A stretch of 64,000 bases of DNA from a virus (lineage: Duplodnaviria; Caudoviricetes). How positions within the stretch are numbered: the first letter of the stretch is position 1; the number at the start of each line of letters is the position of its first letter. This document shows, piece after piece, positions 53,846 to 63,960 of this stretch. The DNA is taken from positions 1 through 64,000 of the IMG/VR virus record IMGVR_UViG_3300025730_000007. One strand, written 5' to 3'. Below the pieces are notes generated by a model. It saw nothing but the letters and a program-made list of their open reading frames with translations. It was not told the origin of the DNA and did no database searches. The translations under genes were made by a program, and so were the position numbers.

Positions 53846-55848
53846 TGGCGGATACAGCCGAGGTCCAGGTCAAGCTAACGCTCGATGACGCTGCGTCCAA
53901 GGTGGCTGACACCATCAAGGGCAAGTTCGGTCAGCTTGGCAAAGCAGCCGACAAGATAAAGTCGGAGTTCATGTCGGTGGCGAAGGGGGCATTGACTACC
54001 GCCATCGGTGTCAATCTTGCCCCCGGCTTGCAAGGCATTGTCGGCGCGTTCAAGGGTATGGTCGACAACGCTGCTTCGGTTCAAGAGCGGATGCGGGCGA
54101 TTGCGAGCTACTTCGTCACCGGGGCTGATATGGCTTGGGATGCGGCGATGGACCGAGCCACCAGAATCGATCGCGAACTCTACAAGGCTTCAATTGCGAT
54201 TGGTCAGAACATCGATGACGCGAGACGCGCATTCCAGAACCTTGCTACGCAGAGCGACGGTACGGTCGAGGGGATCGAAGCCGCCGCAAAGACGACTGAG
54301 AAACTCCTCATGTTCGCTGACATTACGGGGGAGAGCGTCACGGCAATCTCTGACGAGTGGGCCATGATGGAGCGAGGCATGGTTCGCACTCGTGGCAAGA
54401 TGTTCAAGATGCTCTTTAGCACTGGCATCTTCGGGAAGAATCTGCGCGAGGCGTCCTCGTATTGGGGGAAGCTGACTGACGAGCAACGCTCGGCGGCAAT
54501 GGCGAAGGCAATGGGGACTATCTATGAGCGCTTCGCCAAAGCTCCGCAGACGTTTGCATCGGTGCAGACGTCGTTGGATATGGTCAAGCAACGGTTGCTC
54601 GACGTGGTGGGGATGAACGTCATTGGCGTGTTGACTGCCAAGTTCGACAACCTTTTGCAAGCCATTGAGGGCAAGCGTCCTCAGTTGGAAGCCATCGCGG
54701 CTCGGTTCGGGAAGTTCCTTGGGGCTCAGATCGAGGGAGCCCTCAATTGGGCCGGGGAGAAGCTCACTTGGCTTGAGGACCATTGGGATGACGTGGTGAA
54801 GGGGGCAGAGGAAGGGGCCAAGGCAATCCTCAAAGCGGTGAAGTTCATTGTCGAGAACAAGGAACTCATCCTCATGGCATACGGGCTCAATGTCATGGCT
54901 CCTTCGATTCAGTTGGGCATTCAAGCAGCGGGGGCATTGAAGCCCATGCTCATCGGTCTGAAGGCACTCAGTTTCACTTCACTCCCTGCGTTCACTACCA
55001 GTGTGACAGCGGCGGCAGGGAGTGCCGCGACTCTTGCGCTTCAGTTCGCCGCTGTCGCAGCGGCGGCTCTTGCCATCTATGCCGCGTTCGATCAGTACAA
55101 GAAGCTCCAGAGTGAGGGTGGCTTCCGGCAGGCATGGCAAGAGGCGCGCTACGGACCAGGAATGCACTATAGCGAAGCCGACATCGAGGCTACGCGTAAG
55201 AGCATCCAAGAGCAGCAAACGGCGGGAGGTGTCGAGTCCGCAGCGGCAATCATACAGCAGAAGCAGGAGAGCCTCGCTGCAATGAAGGCGAAGGCTCAGG
55301 CCAAGTTCGGCGCATCGGCTCCAGAGCATTACGAGGCAATGGGCATCACTGCGATGGAGAACATGCTCGCCAAGTTCGAGAAGACCATGCCGACCGCCGC
55401 GAATGTGGCGTTCGCCGCTACCGTTCAGACGCAGAGCGAGTTGATTGCCGCGTACAATCAAGCCGTCAAGACTGGCGATGACGCGATGGCGAACTACCTC
55501 GCAAACCTCGCCGGCAAGAGTGAGAGTCTGGCGTACGGGTTGAACGATTCCTCGGTGCAGATTGAGGGTGGTTTTGACGGCTTCATCAACCGGCTCGGCA
55601 CCACGACTCGCACCTTCGTGGAGAAGCTCAACAATATGTACTCCGAGCAGCATCCACAGAACGTGAAGCCCAAAGAGGCGGCAACCAAGTCCCCCGCTAT
55701 CCACATGAGCGGGGGGCAGACGTTCAATATCAAACAGGAGTTCCGCGAGGCAGACCCGGACAGGATTGCCTTGTTCTTCCGGCGCGACCTCGTGCGTGCC
55801 GCAACGTCTCGCACTCGCTCGCGGGTGAGGACGCCATTCGGGGCATGA
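53845..55848 (+). CDS. Tape measure protein
   Basis: VKLTLDDAAS, Ala/Gly/Lys-rich helical, hydrophobic central segment. Confidence 0.85.
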   Translation: MADTAEVQVKLTLDDAASKVADTIKGKFGQLGKAADKIKSEFMSVAKGALTTAIGVNLAPGLQGIVGAFKGMVDNAASVQERMRAIASYFVTGADMAWDAAMDRATRIDRELYKASIAIGQNIDDARRAFQNLATQSDGTVEGIEAAAKTTEKLLMFADITGESVTAISDEWAMMERGMVRTRGKMFKMLFSTGIFGKNLREASSYWGKLTDEQRSAAMAKAMGTIYERFAKAPQTFASVQTSLDMVKQRLLDVVGMNVIGVLTAKFDNLLQAIEGKRPQLEAIAARFGKFLGAQIEGALNWAGEKLTWLEDHWDDVVKGAEEGAKAILKAVKFIVENKELILMAYGLNVMAPSIQLGIQAAGALKPMLIGLKALSFTSLPAFTTSVTAAAGSAATLALQFAAVAAAALAIYAAFDQYKKLQSEGGFRQAWQEARYGPGMHYSEADIEATRKSIQEQQTAGGVESAAAIIQQKQESLAAMKAKAQAKFGASAPEHYEAMGITAMENMLAKFEKTMPTAANVAFAATVQTQSELIAAYNQAVKTGDDAMANYLANLAGKSESLAYGLNDSSVQIEGGFDGFINRLGTTTRTFVEKLNNMYSEQHPQNVKPKEAATKSPAIHMSGGQTFNIKQEFREADPDRIALFFRRDLVRAATSRTRSRVRTPFGA

Positions 55849-55850
55849 CA

Positions 55851-55868
55851 CCGCAACACGTATTGCGG
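55851..55868 (+). repeat. 18-bp quasi-palindrome copy 21
   Basis: 2 nt after tape-measure stop. Confidence 0.98.
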
Positions 55869-55883
55869 TGAGTGAGGCATAGC

Positions 55884-57125
55884 ATGGCCGAGCAGAGCAG
55901 CATCAGCGTCGACTACGAGACTGAGGCGAGCCGCATTGAGCGGCAAACCAACGTCATGACCATCACTGAGCTTGAGGGCAAGAAGCGCGTCATCACCCTC
56001 AGTACCTCAAGCATGCCGAAGCGAGGGGTGGCATGGGGCATGGAGCAACGCATTGCCACTCGCTGGCCGGCAGGAGCCCCCGAGGCTACTCAGCAACTCC
56101 TTGGCCCCAAGCAACAAGACACTCAGATGCAGGGCATCTGGCGGCGAACGTGGTTGGGGCGCAATCCGGTGCTCGTGGTCGAGAACGGTAGAGAGATTCG
56201 CGTGGTCTACCCCGCGACCATGCGTGACCTGTTCTACGACATACTCATTCAGGGGTCGCTCTTGCAGGTCACTTGGAAGTCAGTCACCCGCATGGGCCGG
56301 CTCAAGCTGTTCAATGCTCCCCACGACCGTGACACCGACATCGCGTGGGATGCCACGTTTGAGTGGATCAACTCGGGCACCCTGTTCCCCTATCGCCTTG
56401 TCAGCACGCGCGACCAAGGGGTCAAGTCTGAGGTGCAAGGGCTCATCCTCATTAGCGAGACTCTGGTCGAGCTTGAGGCTACCGAGATCCCCGTCGACCT
56501 CCGCACCCCCCGGCCCAAGGGCACTCCGACATTGACGGTCGGGCAAGTGAGCGCCTTCTTGGACTCCCCCAAGAACCTCATTGACGGGGTGGGCCGCAAC
56601 CTGCGCGAACTGACGAACAAGCTCAAGTCGGTGGCAGACCTTGCAACCAAGTTCAAGAACATGCCGGCAGAGATCAACGCCTCAATCCTTGCTACGGCAG
56701 AGAACATTGTGGCGACTTGCAATCAGTTCCACGACGAGTTCACCCGCGTCTCCCCGGAGCAGACTACCTACGACCGGAGGGTGGCGAGTCTGGTGCAGAC
56801 TGCCTCGTACTATTCGACCGGAACGAAGCAGACTGAATACATGGCGCAGACTGCGGACCAACTGAGGGAGAAGGCGAAGCGGCGCAAGGCCGGGGGCAAG
56901 GTGCTCAATTCGCAATACCCCACTCAGGGGGACTTGCTCGCCCTCCACATCGTCAAGCAAGGCGACACCTTGGCTGGCATCAGTGCGAGGTACTATGGCA
57001 CCCCTGACCACGCGCTCGACATCGCCAAGGTCAACGGGCTCACCTACCCTGTCGCCCCGGTCAGCACGGCAACCGGCAAGCCCACCATGGGGGGCAAGTC
57101 AATCCTCTCCATCCCGAGGGTGTGA
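55884..57125 (+). CDS. Baseplate/tube initiator with C-terminal LysM domain
   Basis: HIVKQGDTLAGISARYYGTPD...IAKVNGL. Confidence 0.85.
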   Translation: MAEQSSISVDYETEASRIERQTNVMTITELEGKKRVITLSTSSMPKRGVAWGMEQRIATRWPAGAPEATQQLLGPKQQDTQMQGIWRRTWLGRNPVLVVENGREIRVVYPATMRDLFYDILIQGSLLQVTWKSVTRMGRLKLFNAPHDRDTDIAWDATFEWINSGTLFPYRLVSTRDQGVKSEVQGLILISETLVELEATEIPVDLRTPRPKGTPTLTVGQVSAFLDSPKNLIDGVGRNLRELTNKLKSVADLATKFKNMPAEINASILATAENIVATCNQFHDEFTRVSPEQTTYDRRVASLVQTASYYSTGTKQTEYMAQTADQLREKAKRRKAGGKVLNSQYPTQGDLLALHIVKQGDTLAGISARYYGTPDHALDIAKVNGLTYPVAPVSTATGKPTMGGKSILSIPRV

Positions 57126-57128
57126 GTC

Positions 57129-58769
57129 ATGGCTGAGTTCCCTCACCAGACGTATTATCCCGCGTGCAAGGTGCGTCTCATTGTGCGCTTTGACGAGTTC
57201 AGTGACGAGCCGAGTGCGGTCCCGCCGAAGAAGCCTGCCACCATGCGCAAGGGGCAGAAGGACAAGGGGCAAGTGCTCGACTACATCATTGACCCCGATG
57301 CCCCCGAGGGGACCAAGCGCTATCGCCTAGCGGGCCGAGGACAGACTGAGGCGCAGGAAGCCAGCAAGGACAACCTCACCCACGTCATCGAGGGCATCAT
57401 TCCGGTCAGTGCCACCTTGGAGAAGAACACTTACAAGGAGGCTGACACGCTGGAGCTTTCGCTCTCGTACCTCGACCTTCCCTTCGACCCGAGGACCGTG
57501 CGCTCGTGCGCTGTCGAGTTCTACCTTGGCACCATTGACGGTGACACTTGGCGGGAGTCGATGCGGCTCCAGGTCATTGCGGACTTGCCCGACGAGAGCG
57601 AGTATGGGACCAACCGTCAGTTCAAGGGGTGGGTCGATGATTGGCGGGTGAATTGGGGCAACGAGGAAGCGGCAACGGTGGAGTTGTCGTGCCGCGACAA
57701 CACTGCTCTGTTCATTGACCAGGATGCTCCGCCTCAGATCAAGGTGGACCCCAAGGTGGGAATCGACGAGGCGATTGCAAAGTATCTGTCATGCTTCCCT
57801 CAGTACGAAGGTATCGCCGTTGAATACCGCCCTATCAACGAGGATGCGCCGGCCCTCAAAGACGTGATGCAGCGGAGTAGCCAACGCAACGGTGGAGTCG
57901 GCCCCGGCAAGGACAAGATGTCGGTGTGGGACTTCATCATCGACATCACTGGCATGGTGGGATGCGTGGCATTCATTGACGGGGAGACGGTGGTCATTCA
58001 GAAGCCTCGTACACTCTACGCCGATGGCTTCTCCCGGCTCGAAGACCCGTGGCGTGGCAGGGTGGCCGACAACATCCCAATGAACAACCGGACGATGATA
58101 TACGGGAGGAACCTCACCGAGTTCAGCGTCAGTCGGCGTTACAACGAGAAGGCACCACGCAACATCGAAGTCCGGTGCTACTTGCCAGAGCGCAAGAAGA
58201 CCATCGTGGTCAGGTTCCCCGGCGTCAAGAGCAGGGTGCAACCGGGGGAGTCTGCCGACAACACCATAACGGTTTTCCGGGTGTCAGGGGTGCAAACGAA
58301 GGAGGCATTGCAGGTCATAGCCCAAGGCATCTATGAGGACATCAGTCGGCAGGAGATTGAGGTGTCCATGAAGACACCCAACATCGCCAGCTTCGGCGGC
58401 GACAACACTGAGCCCGACTTGCTCTACCTTCAGTCGGGCGACCCGATTGAGGTGTACTTCGCCAAGGACGACAGCGGCGAGCCCGTCACTCTGCCTGCCA
58501 CTCAGTCTCAGGTTGAGGACGCGCTACTGACTAACGACAAGACATTCGACTACCTCCAGTCGTTGGGCTACGACCCGGACATTGCGTCGGCGTACGCGTC
58601 CGCGTACACGAACGCGGGATACCAGACAGCATTCCGCACCTTCAAGGTCGTGTACGACTGGAGTGACGATGAAGGTGTAAGCATCTCAATCGACGCCATC
58701 AACTACATTGAAGTCCGGTATGACAAGGCTCTACCTGACGGGCTCGAACCTGAGCCGACTGCGGAGTAA
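57129..58769 (+). CDS. Baseplate hub (gpD/gp44-like)
   Basis: ADTLELSL, GWVD, LSCRDNTA, YGRNL; position in baseplate module. Confidence 0.75.
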   Translation: MAEFPHQTYYPACKVRLIVRFDEFSDEPSAVPPKKPATMRKGQKDKGQVLDYIIDPDAPEGTKRYRLAGRGQTEAQEASKDNLTHVIEGIIPVSATLEKNTYKEADTLELSLSYLDLPFDPRTVRSCAVEFYLGTIDGDTWRESMRLQVIADLPDESEYGTNRQFKGWVDDWRVNWGNEEAATVELSCRDNTALFIDQDAPPQIKVDPKVGIDEAIAKYLSCFPQYEGIAVEYRPINEDAPALKDVMQRSSQRNGGVGPGKDKMSVWDFIIDITGMVGCVAFIDGETVVIQKPRTLYADGFSRLEDPWRGRVADNIPMNNRTMIYGRNLTEFSVSRRYNEKAPRNIEVRCYLPERKKTIVVRFPGVKSRVQPGESADNTITVFRVSGVQTKEALQVIAQGIYEDISRQEIEVSMKTPNIASFGGDNTEPDLLYLQSGDPIEVYFAKDDSGEPVTLPATQSQVEDALLTNDKTFDYLQSLGYDPDIASAYASAYTNAGYQTAFRTFKVVYDWSDDEGVSISIDAINYIEVRYDKALPDGLEPEPTAE

Positions 58770-58771
58770 CA

Positions 58772-59797
58772 ATGGCACCCAAGAGCAAGCGGCACGTCTT
58801 CGACCCGGCCTTGATTCAGGACATCATGACCGGAATCCCCGGTTCTGATGGGCGTATCTGGGTGTCATACGGCACGGTCGAACTCGACGAGAACCTTGAG
58901 GGGGAGGAGGACCGTGCTCTCACCTTCGATGAGGATGCCGGCCCACTCGTCGAGGTTCGATTGCAACCTTCCGACAAGGTGGTTACTTGCCGCGTCGCTA
59001 CTCCGGTGTCGGGGGTGCTCCAGAGTCAATGGGTGCCACTCGTCGGAGGCGATGAGGTGGTTGTGGTGTTGCCCATGGGCCAGGAGCAGTCTCCCCCCGT
59101 GGTCATTGCGCGTCTCAACAACGCTCTCGACAAGTTCCCAGAGAAGGTCGCCGGCAAGGATGCGCGTCAGAACAACATCGCATTCACCCGCACACAGACC
59201 CCCACCATCATCGAGGCTGGAAGCCTCTACATGATACGCTCCGCGCAGACTGGCGCGCTCATTGGCATTGACGAGGAAGGCAACGTCACTGTCCGTGATG
59301 GCAACTCGACCGGATTCCAGTTCGGCCCGAGCGGCTTCGCGGTACAGGACGCCGATGGCACGGGGCAGATAACCCTCAACACTGAGGAGAGCTATGCGTC
59401 AATCTGGTGGCAGAGTACGGTGCTCAAGCTCGACGGCACCGACATCAACCTTGCGGCGAGCGGCAACGTGGCAATCGGCAGCGCTGGCAATACCCCCGTT
59501 CTGCACGGCATGGCGAGTGAGCAAGCCGTCAACCTCTTGGTCAGTTACACTCAAGTCCTCGCCGCTGCTCTCAACCTCATTGGGCCGACCCCATTGACTG
59601 GTTCGGGGCTCGCTACCGTGGTTGACCCAGCGGGAGCCGGCATGGCCCTCATAACGGCGGCGATTGCGCTTGCCGGGTCCAACGGGGCTCCCACCCTCAC
59701 CGCTGCTCTTGCGGCCCTCACAGCGGCTCTACAGGGGCCGGCCCCGACTACCCCCCTCACTCCCGGCGTAGGTTGCGCCGGCTTCATCATCAGTTAG
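58772..59797 (+). CDS. Baseplate spike (gpV/gp45-like)
   Basis: OB-fold PL.GGDEVVV..P.G followed by beta-helix-like repeats. Confidence 0.75.
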   Translation: MAPKSKRHVFDPALIQDIMTGIPGSDGRIWVSYGTVELDENLEGEEDRALTFDEDAGPLVEVRLQPSDKVVTCRVATPVSGVLQSQWVPLVGGDEVVVVLPMGQEQSPPVVIARLNNALDKFPEKVAGKDARQNNIAFTRTQTPTIIEAGSLYMIRSAQTGALIGIDEEGNVTVRDGNSTGFQFGPSGFAVQDADGTGQITLNTEESYASIWWQSTVLKLDGTDINLAASGNVAIGSAGNTPVLHGMASEQAVNLLVSYTQVLAAALNLIGPTPLTGSGLATVVDPAGAGMALITAAIALAGSNGAPTLTAALAALTAALQGPAPTTPLTPGVGCAGFIIS

Positions 59798-59804
59798 GTG
59801 CGCC

Positions 59805-60119
59805 ATGGGAAGCCCCCCACCCAAGTCAGAGCCACCCCCCGAGGAGCAGGATGTCGTCGATGCTGGCGTCGACTTCGACCCGGAGCCGCCGACCGCTGCG
59901 TCGTTGTGTGGGTTCAAGTTCCCACCATCGTTCACGTTCTTCTTCAGCTTCAACTTGCCGGCCTTGCCGGCTTGTTTGCTGGACCCTCTGTCGTGTATTC
60001 CGTTCCCGTGGTTGTCACTCAATTGCGACCTCTCCAACCCCGTCAGCGTAGGGTGGGGAGGTGGCAAGGAGCCAACGGTGGACGACGAGGACAATACAGA
60101 GGACAATCCCTACGATTGA
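59805..60119 (+). CDS. Small Pro/Cys-rich baseplate-region protein
   Basis: ORF between spike and wedge genes. Confidence 0.55.
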   Translation: MGSPPPKSEPPPEEQDVVDAGVDFDPEPPTAASLCGFKFPPSFTFFFSFNLPALPACLLDPLSCIPFPWLSLNCDLSNPVSVGWGGGKEPTVDDEDNTEDNPYD

Positions 60120-60126
60120 CGCACAA

Positions 60127-60144
60127 CCGCAACACGTATTGCGG
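60127..60144 (+). repeat. 18-bp quasi-palindrome copy 22
   Basis: Intergenic in baseplate module. Confidence 0.98.
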
Positions 60145-60159
60145 TGGATGAGGTAGGCA

Positions 60160-61035
60160 ATGAGCACTGGAGATTGGGGAGTAGATAGCTGGGGAATCGG
60201 CCCGTGGGGTGGAGAGGAAGCCCCCACTCCCCATGCGACCGTGGAGGCTATCCGCGAGAACGTGGTGAGGGCTACGTTCGAGAGCAATCTCCTGCTCACT
60301 GGACTACTCGACCGCAAGGACTCCCTCAATCGGGTTCACTACTTCGTAGGGGAGCAGTCGGGGCAAGGGCTCGACGACCAACCCGCGCAGACCGTGGGGG
60401 TCATTCTGGTGGAAGCCGTCAGTGGCGACCCGCGTAGCGTCGACATCTACGTTGACCGGCCCTTCACCCACTATCCTTCACTCTACGTTCTCCGCTGCGT
60501 CAATATGTACGATGCCGGGGGTGCGTTGTTTGCCGACGTCATCAACGAGAGCTTCTACGGATTGAGGGGTACGTTCGAGAAGCCTGTTCCAGAGACGTAT
60601 GCCCCCGATGGCACTCGGGACTTCGCCAACCCTTCAACCAAGGATGCCTTGTTCGACCCGTTGCCCGACATCAGTTTCACCAACCTGGGAACCTTCCCGT
60701 ATGGCGATGATGGCGACTACGGGTATGACGAGGGGGTGGAGAACCTCAAGAAGCGCGTCATTCGGCGTTGCGTTGTCAGGCCGGGGGGCTTCGTGTGGTT
60801 GCAAGGCTACGGGGTGGGGATTGCCGAGGAAGGCAAGAAGCTCAACAACGCTGCGAGGCGGGAACGGCTCAAAGCCAGCATCAAGAACCAAGTGCTACAG
60901 GAGCCCGATGTCCGCTACGTGCAAGTCAACATCAAGTATCTGCCGAGTACGCCGGGGATTACTTGGTTCATCATCAAGGTGATTACGACGGTGAACAAGG
61001 CATTCAAGTTCGACGTTCCGTTCGTCGGATTCTAG
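60160..61035 (+). CDS. Ig-like domain plus gp25/gpW-like baseplate wedge protein
   Basis: C-terminal NLKKRVIRR....PG.....YGVGI...IKNQVLQEPDV. Confidence 0.75.
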   Translation: MSTGDWGVDSWGIGPWGGEEAPTPHATVEAIRENVVRATFESNLLLTGLLDRKDSLNRVHYFVGEQSGQGLDDQPAQTVGVILVEAVSGDPRSVDIYVDRPFTHYPSLYVLRCVNMYDAGGALFADVINESFYGLRGTFEKPVPETYAPDGTRDFANPSTKDALFDPLPDISFTNLGTFPYGDDGDYGYDEGVENLKKRVIRRCVVRPGGFVWLQGYGVGIAEEGKKLNNAARRERLKASIKNQVLQEPDVRYVQVNIKYLPSTPGITWFIIKVITTVNKAFKFDVPFVGF

Positions 61036-61045
61036 GAGTCAGTCA

Positions 61046-62155
61046 ATGCCAGACCTACCGACCAGACTGGACCTCTTCTCCATCGGGCGGAACTACATCC
61101 ACCAGAGGGCAAAGAAGGTCGACCCGGCGCAAGTGGACATCGTTGGAAGCGATGCCAATCTGTTCGTTGGTTCCACCTCATACATCGCCCGTGAGGTGGT
61201 CAATCAGATCGTCTCCGAGGTTGCGTCTCTGTTGCTCGATAGTGCGGAGAAGGAGTACCTCGACCGCTACGCATGGGACCGCTATCAACTCCCGCGCAAG
61301 GGGGCGAGTGCGGGGTACGGTGAAGTCACCTTCTACCGGGACTCCACCGCTGCGGGAGCGGGGAGTGTGCCAATCGGCACCGTCGTCAAGACCAAGACCG
61401 GCATCGAATACATCACCACGAGCACGGCAACCTTCGGCCCAACCACGGGCGAGGCGAATGCGTATGTCAAGAGCGTGCAAGCCGGCAAGGCTCAGCAAGC
61501 GGGGGCGAATGCCATCCGCCTCATTGCCGACCCCAAGTCACTCTGGGATACCTCGCTCAAGGTCAACAACGCAGAGCCAACCGCTCACGCCGAGGACGCC
61601 GAGAGCGACCCCGTGTTCCGTGAGCGTATCCGAGACTTCTGGGCCGCTGCTCGCCGTGGCACCTTGGGTGCCATTGCCTACGGTGCAAGGCGGGTCGCAG
61701 GGGTGGAGAGCGCGAATGCGATTGAGGCATTGACACCCGAGCCCAACCCGGCCCGAGTGGTCAATCTCTACATCGCAGACTCAAGCGGCATTGCCTCACT
61801 CGCCATTGCAACGCAAGTGCAAGCAGAACTGATGGAGTGGAGAGCCGGGGGCATCACGGTCATCGTGTATACGTGCTCGGTTCAAACTGTCCCCGTGAAG
61901 CTGAAGCTCAAGTTCAATGCGGGAGTGGTGACGGCTCCCGTCGTCGAGCGAATCCGCGCTACCACGGTCGAGACAATCAACAAGGGTGGAGCCAATGAGA
62001 CGCTCCTCCGTGGCTCTCTGTTCGCCATGCTTGAGATGTTCAAGCCTGCCGGACTGATACCCGACCAGGACACCATCGTTGAACCGGCGGGTGACGTGGT
62101 TCCGGCGCAAGGCAAGACACTGAGGACGACCATCGACGACGTGACGGTGCTCTGA
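61046..62155 (+). CDS. Baseplate J-like protein
   Basis: LDRYA, A.G.VTF, VPIGTVV, ESDPVFRERI, RGT..AI. Confidence 0.92.
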   Translation: MPDLPTRLDLFSIGRNYIHQRAKKVDPAQVDIVGSDANLFVGSTSYIAREVVNQIVSEVASLLLDSAEKEYLDRYAWDRYQLPRKGASAGYGEVTFYRDSTAAGAGSVPIGTVVKTKTGIEYITTSTATFGPTTGEANAYVKSVQAGKAQQAGANAIRLIADPKSLWDTSLKVNNAEPTAHAEDAESDPVFRERIRDFWAAARRGTLGAIAYGARRVAGVESANAIEALTPEPNPARVVNLYIADSSGIASLAIATQVQAELMEWRAGGITVIVYTCSVQTVPVKLKLKFNAGVVTAPVVERIRATTVETINKGGANETLLRGSLFAMLEMFKPAGLIPDQDTIVEPAGDVVPAQGKTLRTTIDDVTVL

Positions 62156-63960
62156 TGCCTGGATATTACACACGAGAAGACTTGCTCCAACTCTGGGTCG
62201 ACTCGACCGACAAGAGCTACAATCGCCCGTTCATCGAGAAGGGGGACGGGGCCGGGTTGGAGGTGTTCAATCAGGCATGGGCTCAGTTCGAGCGTGTCAG
62301 TCTCGCAATCCGCAACACGTTCCAAGCGCTCTACATCTTGCCGTGGAGCGGGCAGACGGCGGAGCCGGCGAGTGGCGAGCGCTTCGCTACGGTGCAACTC
62401 AAGCTCACTCGCGACCCCACCATCGCCCCTTCCCTCTTCGTGCGGATGCCCGAGGGCGTCATTGCCCTTGAGCGGACCTTCGACCATAGCGAGCAAGGGT
62501 CGGTCGAAGTGCTCACTGGCCGGGAGTATGCAATCGAGTCCCCGATCTACTGGCTCCCCGGCAACGTGACTGAGCAGTATCGACAAGCGGTCTGCACGAC
62601 ATCGGGGTGGGGAGGAAACAACCCCCTTCCAGAAACCATCACTGTCTGGCGGCAGAATGGCAAGCAACTGAATGGCACGCGCGCGAACGTCGAGTGTGCC
62701 GTGCCTCGTTGCTCTGTTGTCGCGTTGCTCGGTGGCGACGGCTTCATTCCTTCACACGTCGGGCAGTATCTCCAGTTCAGTTCGGGTTACAACGCGGGAG
62801 TCATCCGGCGCATTGCGGCTCAGTACACTCCCACCCCCAACGACTCTGGGAGAGCGGAGTTGGAGAGTACGCTCTTGCTCTATGTGAGCGGCGCAGTCGG
62901 CACCTTCCAAGCCGGGGAGACAATCATCCATGGAGGCACGGGGGCCAAGGGGGTTGTCATTCACTACGATGCCCCGAGCGGCTTGCTCGTGGTGGAGCGG
63001 ACTGGCGGAGTCTTCGACCTCGCCGGCCCTCCCGTGGTTACGGGGGACACGTCGGGGGCGACTGCCACCTTGGACGCGATGAACCTGGAGGGCTTGCTCG
63101 TTGCGCTTGTGGTCGGCCCCGTTCCCGTGCCGTTTGAGCTATACGAGAATGTCACTCAGGCTGTCAGTGGCGCGAGTGGCACCTTCGCCCTCTATGCCAA
63201 CTCGACCATCTACATCAAGCCGGCATCGGGGCCGGCGTTCGACGCGGTGAACACCATCACCGGAGGCACCTCGGGTGCGACTGCCACCCCTACCATCGCT
63301 GGATATGACCCGATGCTCGTGCCCGAGCCAGGGCAGACGGCAGGGTGGGGAATGATGGAGTGGGATGCCGAGTTGGGGATTGAGGTGCTCAATGAGGAAC
63401 AACCGGATGGGGGTCGCTCTGCCATGCTCGACGAGCTTGGGTTGGAGAAGAACATGCCCCGCATCCAAGGCGAGGGCGATGATGCGTACCGTGACCGCAT
63501 CAGCAAGCCGGCAGACGTGGTGAGCCCGAACGCTATCATTCGAGCAATGATACGAGGGCTCGACCCGCTTGGAGTGACAGGGTGTTTCCGCGAGGTCGGG
63601 CAACCGCTGCTCAAGGGCTTCTTCTACGACGTAGACCCGGCCCTTGCGCACGAGTTCGCCTTCGCCTACGACATGGACCCCGTGGTGCGACCCTCCGACC
63701 GTTGGAAGGTCTATCTCGACTATGCATCATTCCGCGCCTTCTTCCTCATAGGGATTCCACCGACCTCCCACGGCGAGTTCGGCTTCGCGTATGACAACCA
63801 CCCTCTGGGCGCGTATGATAGCTTCCCGACACTGACCTTCTACGATGGTTATGCCGTGCTGACTGCCAACGCTCTGAAGGCACTATGGGCCGACATCAAC
63901 AACCGCAAGGCCGGAGGCGTCGGCTTTGAGTTCTACCAAGAAACCGATGGGTGCGTGTGA
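62155..63960 (+). CDS. Baseplate wedge/tail protein (gpI-like) with inserted domains
   Basis: Follows J; LDELG...PRIQGEGDDAYRDRI; repeated GETIxGGTSGA.A modules. Confidence 0.7.
   Translation: MPGYYTREDLLQLWVDSTDKSYNRPFIEKGDGAGLEVFNQAWAQFERVSLAIRNTFQALYILPWSGQTAEPASGERFATVQLKLTRDPTIAPSLFVRMPEGVIALERTFDHSEQGSVEVLTGREYAIESPIYWLPGNVTEQYRQAVCTTSGWGGNNPLPETITVWRQNGKQLNGTRANVECAVPRCSVVALLGGDGFIPSHVGQYLQFSSGYNAGVIRRIAAQYTPTPNDSGRAELESTLLLYVSGAVGTFQAGETIIHGGTGAKGVVIHYDAPSGLLVVERTGGVFDLAGPPVVTGDTSGATATLDAMNLEGLLVALVVGPVPVPFELYENVTQAVSGASGTFALYANSTIYIKPASGPAFDAVNTITGGTSGATATPTIAGYDPMLVPEPGQTAGWGMMEWDAELGIEVLNEEQPDGGRSAMLDELGLEKNMPRIQGEGDDAYRDRISKPADVVSPNAIIRAMIRGLDPLGVTGCFREVGQPLLKGFFYDVDPALAHEFAFAYDMDPVVRPSDRWKVYLDYASFRAFFLIGIPPTSHGEFGFAYDNHPLGAYDSFPTLTFYDGYAVLTANALKALWADINNRKAGGVGFEFYQETDGCV

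Noticed and set aside
2228-60144. 18-bp repeat as CRISPR repeats or simple intrinsic terminators
   Set aside because: Copies are kilobases apart, lack U-tracts and occur inside ORFs and within coupled operons.
62311-62321. Partial match CGCAACACGT in the baseplate gene
   Set aside because: Lacks the right arm (TTGCGG); likely chance.
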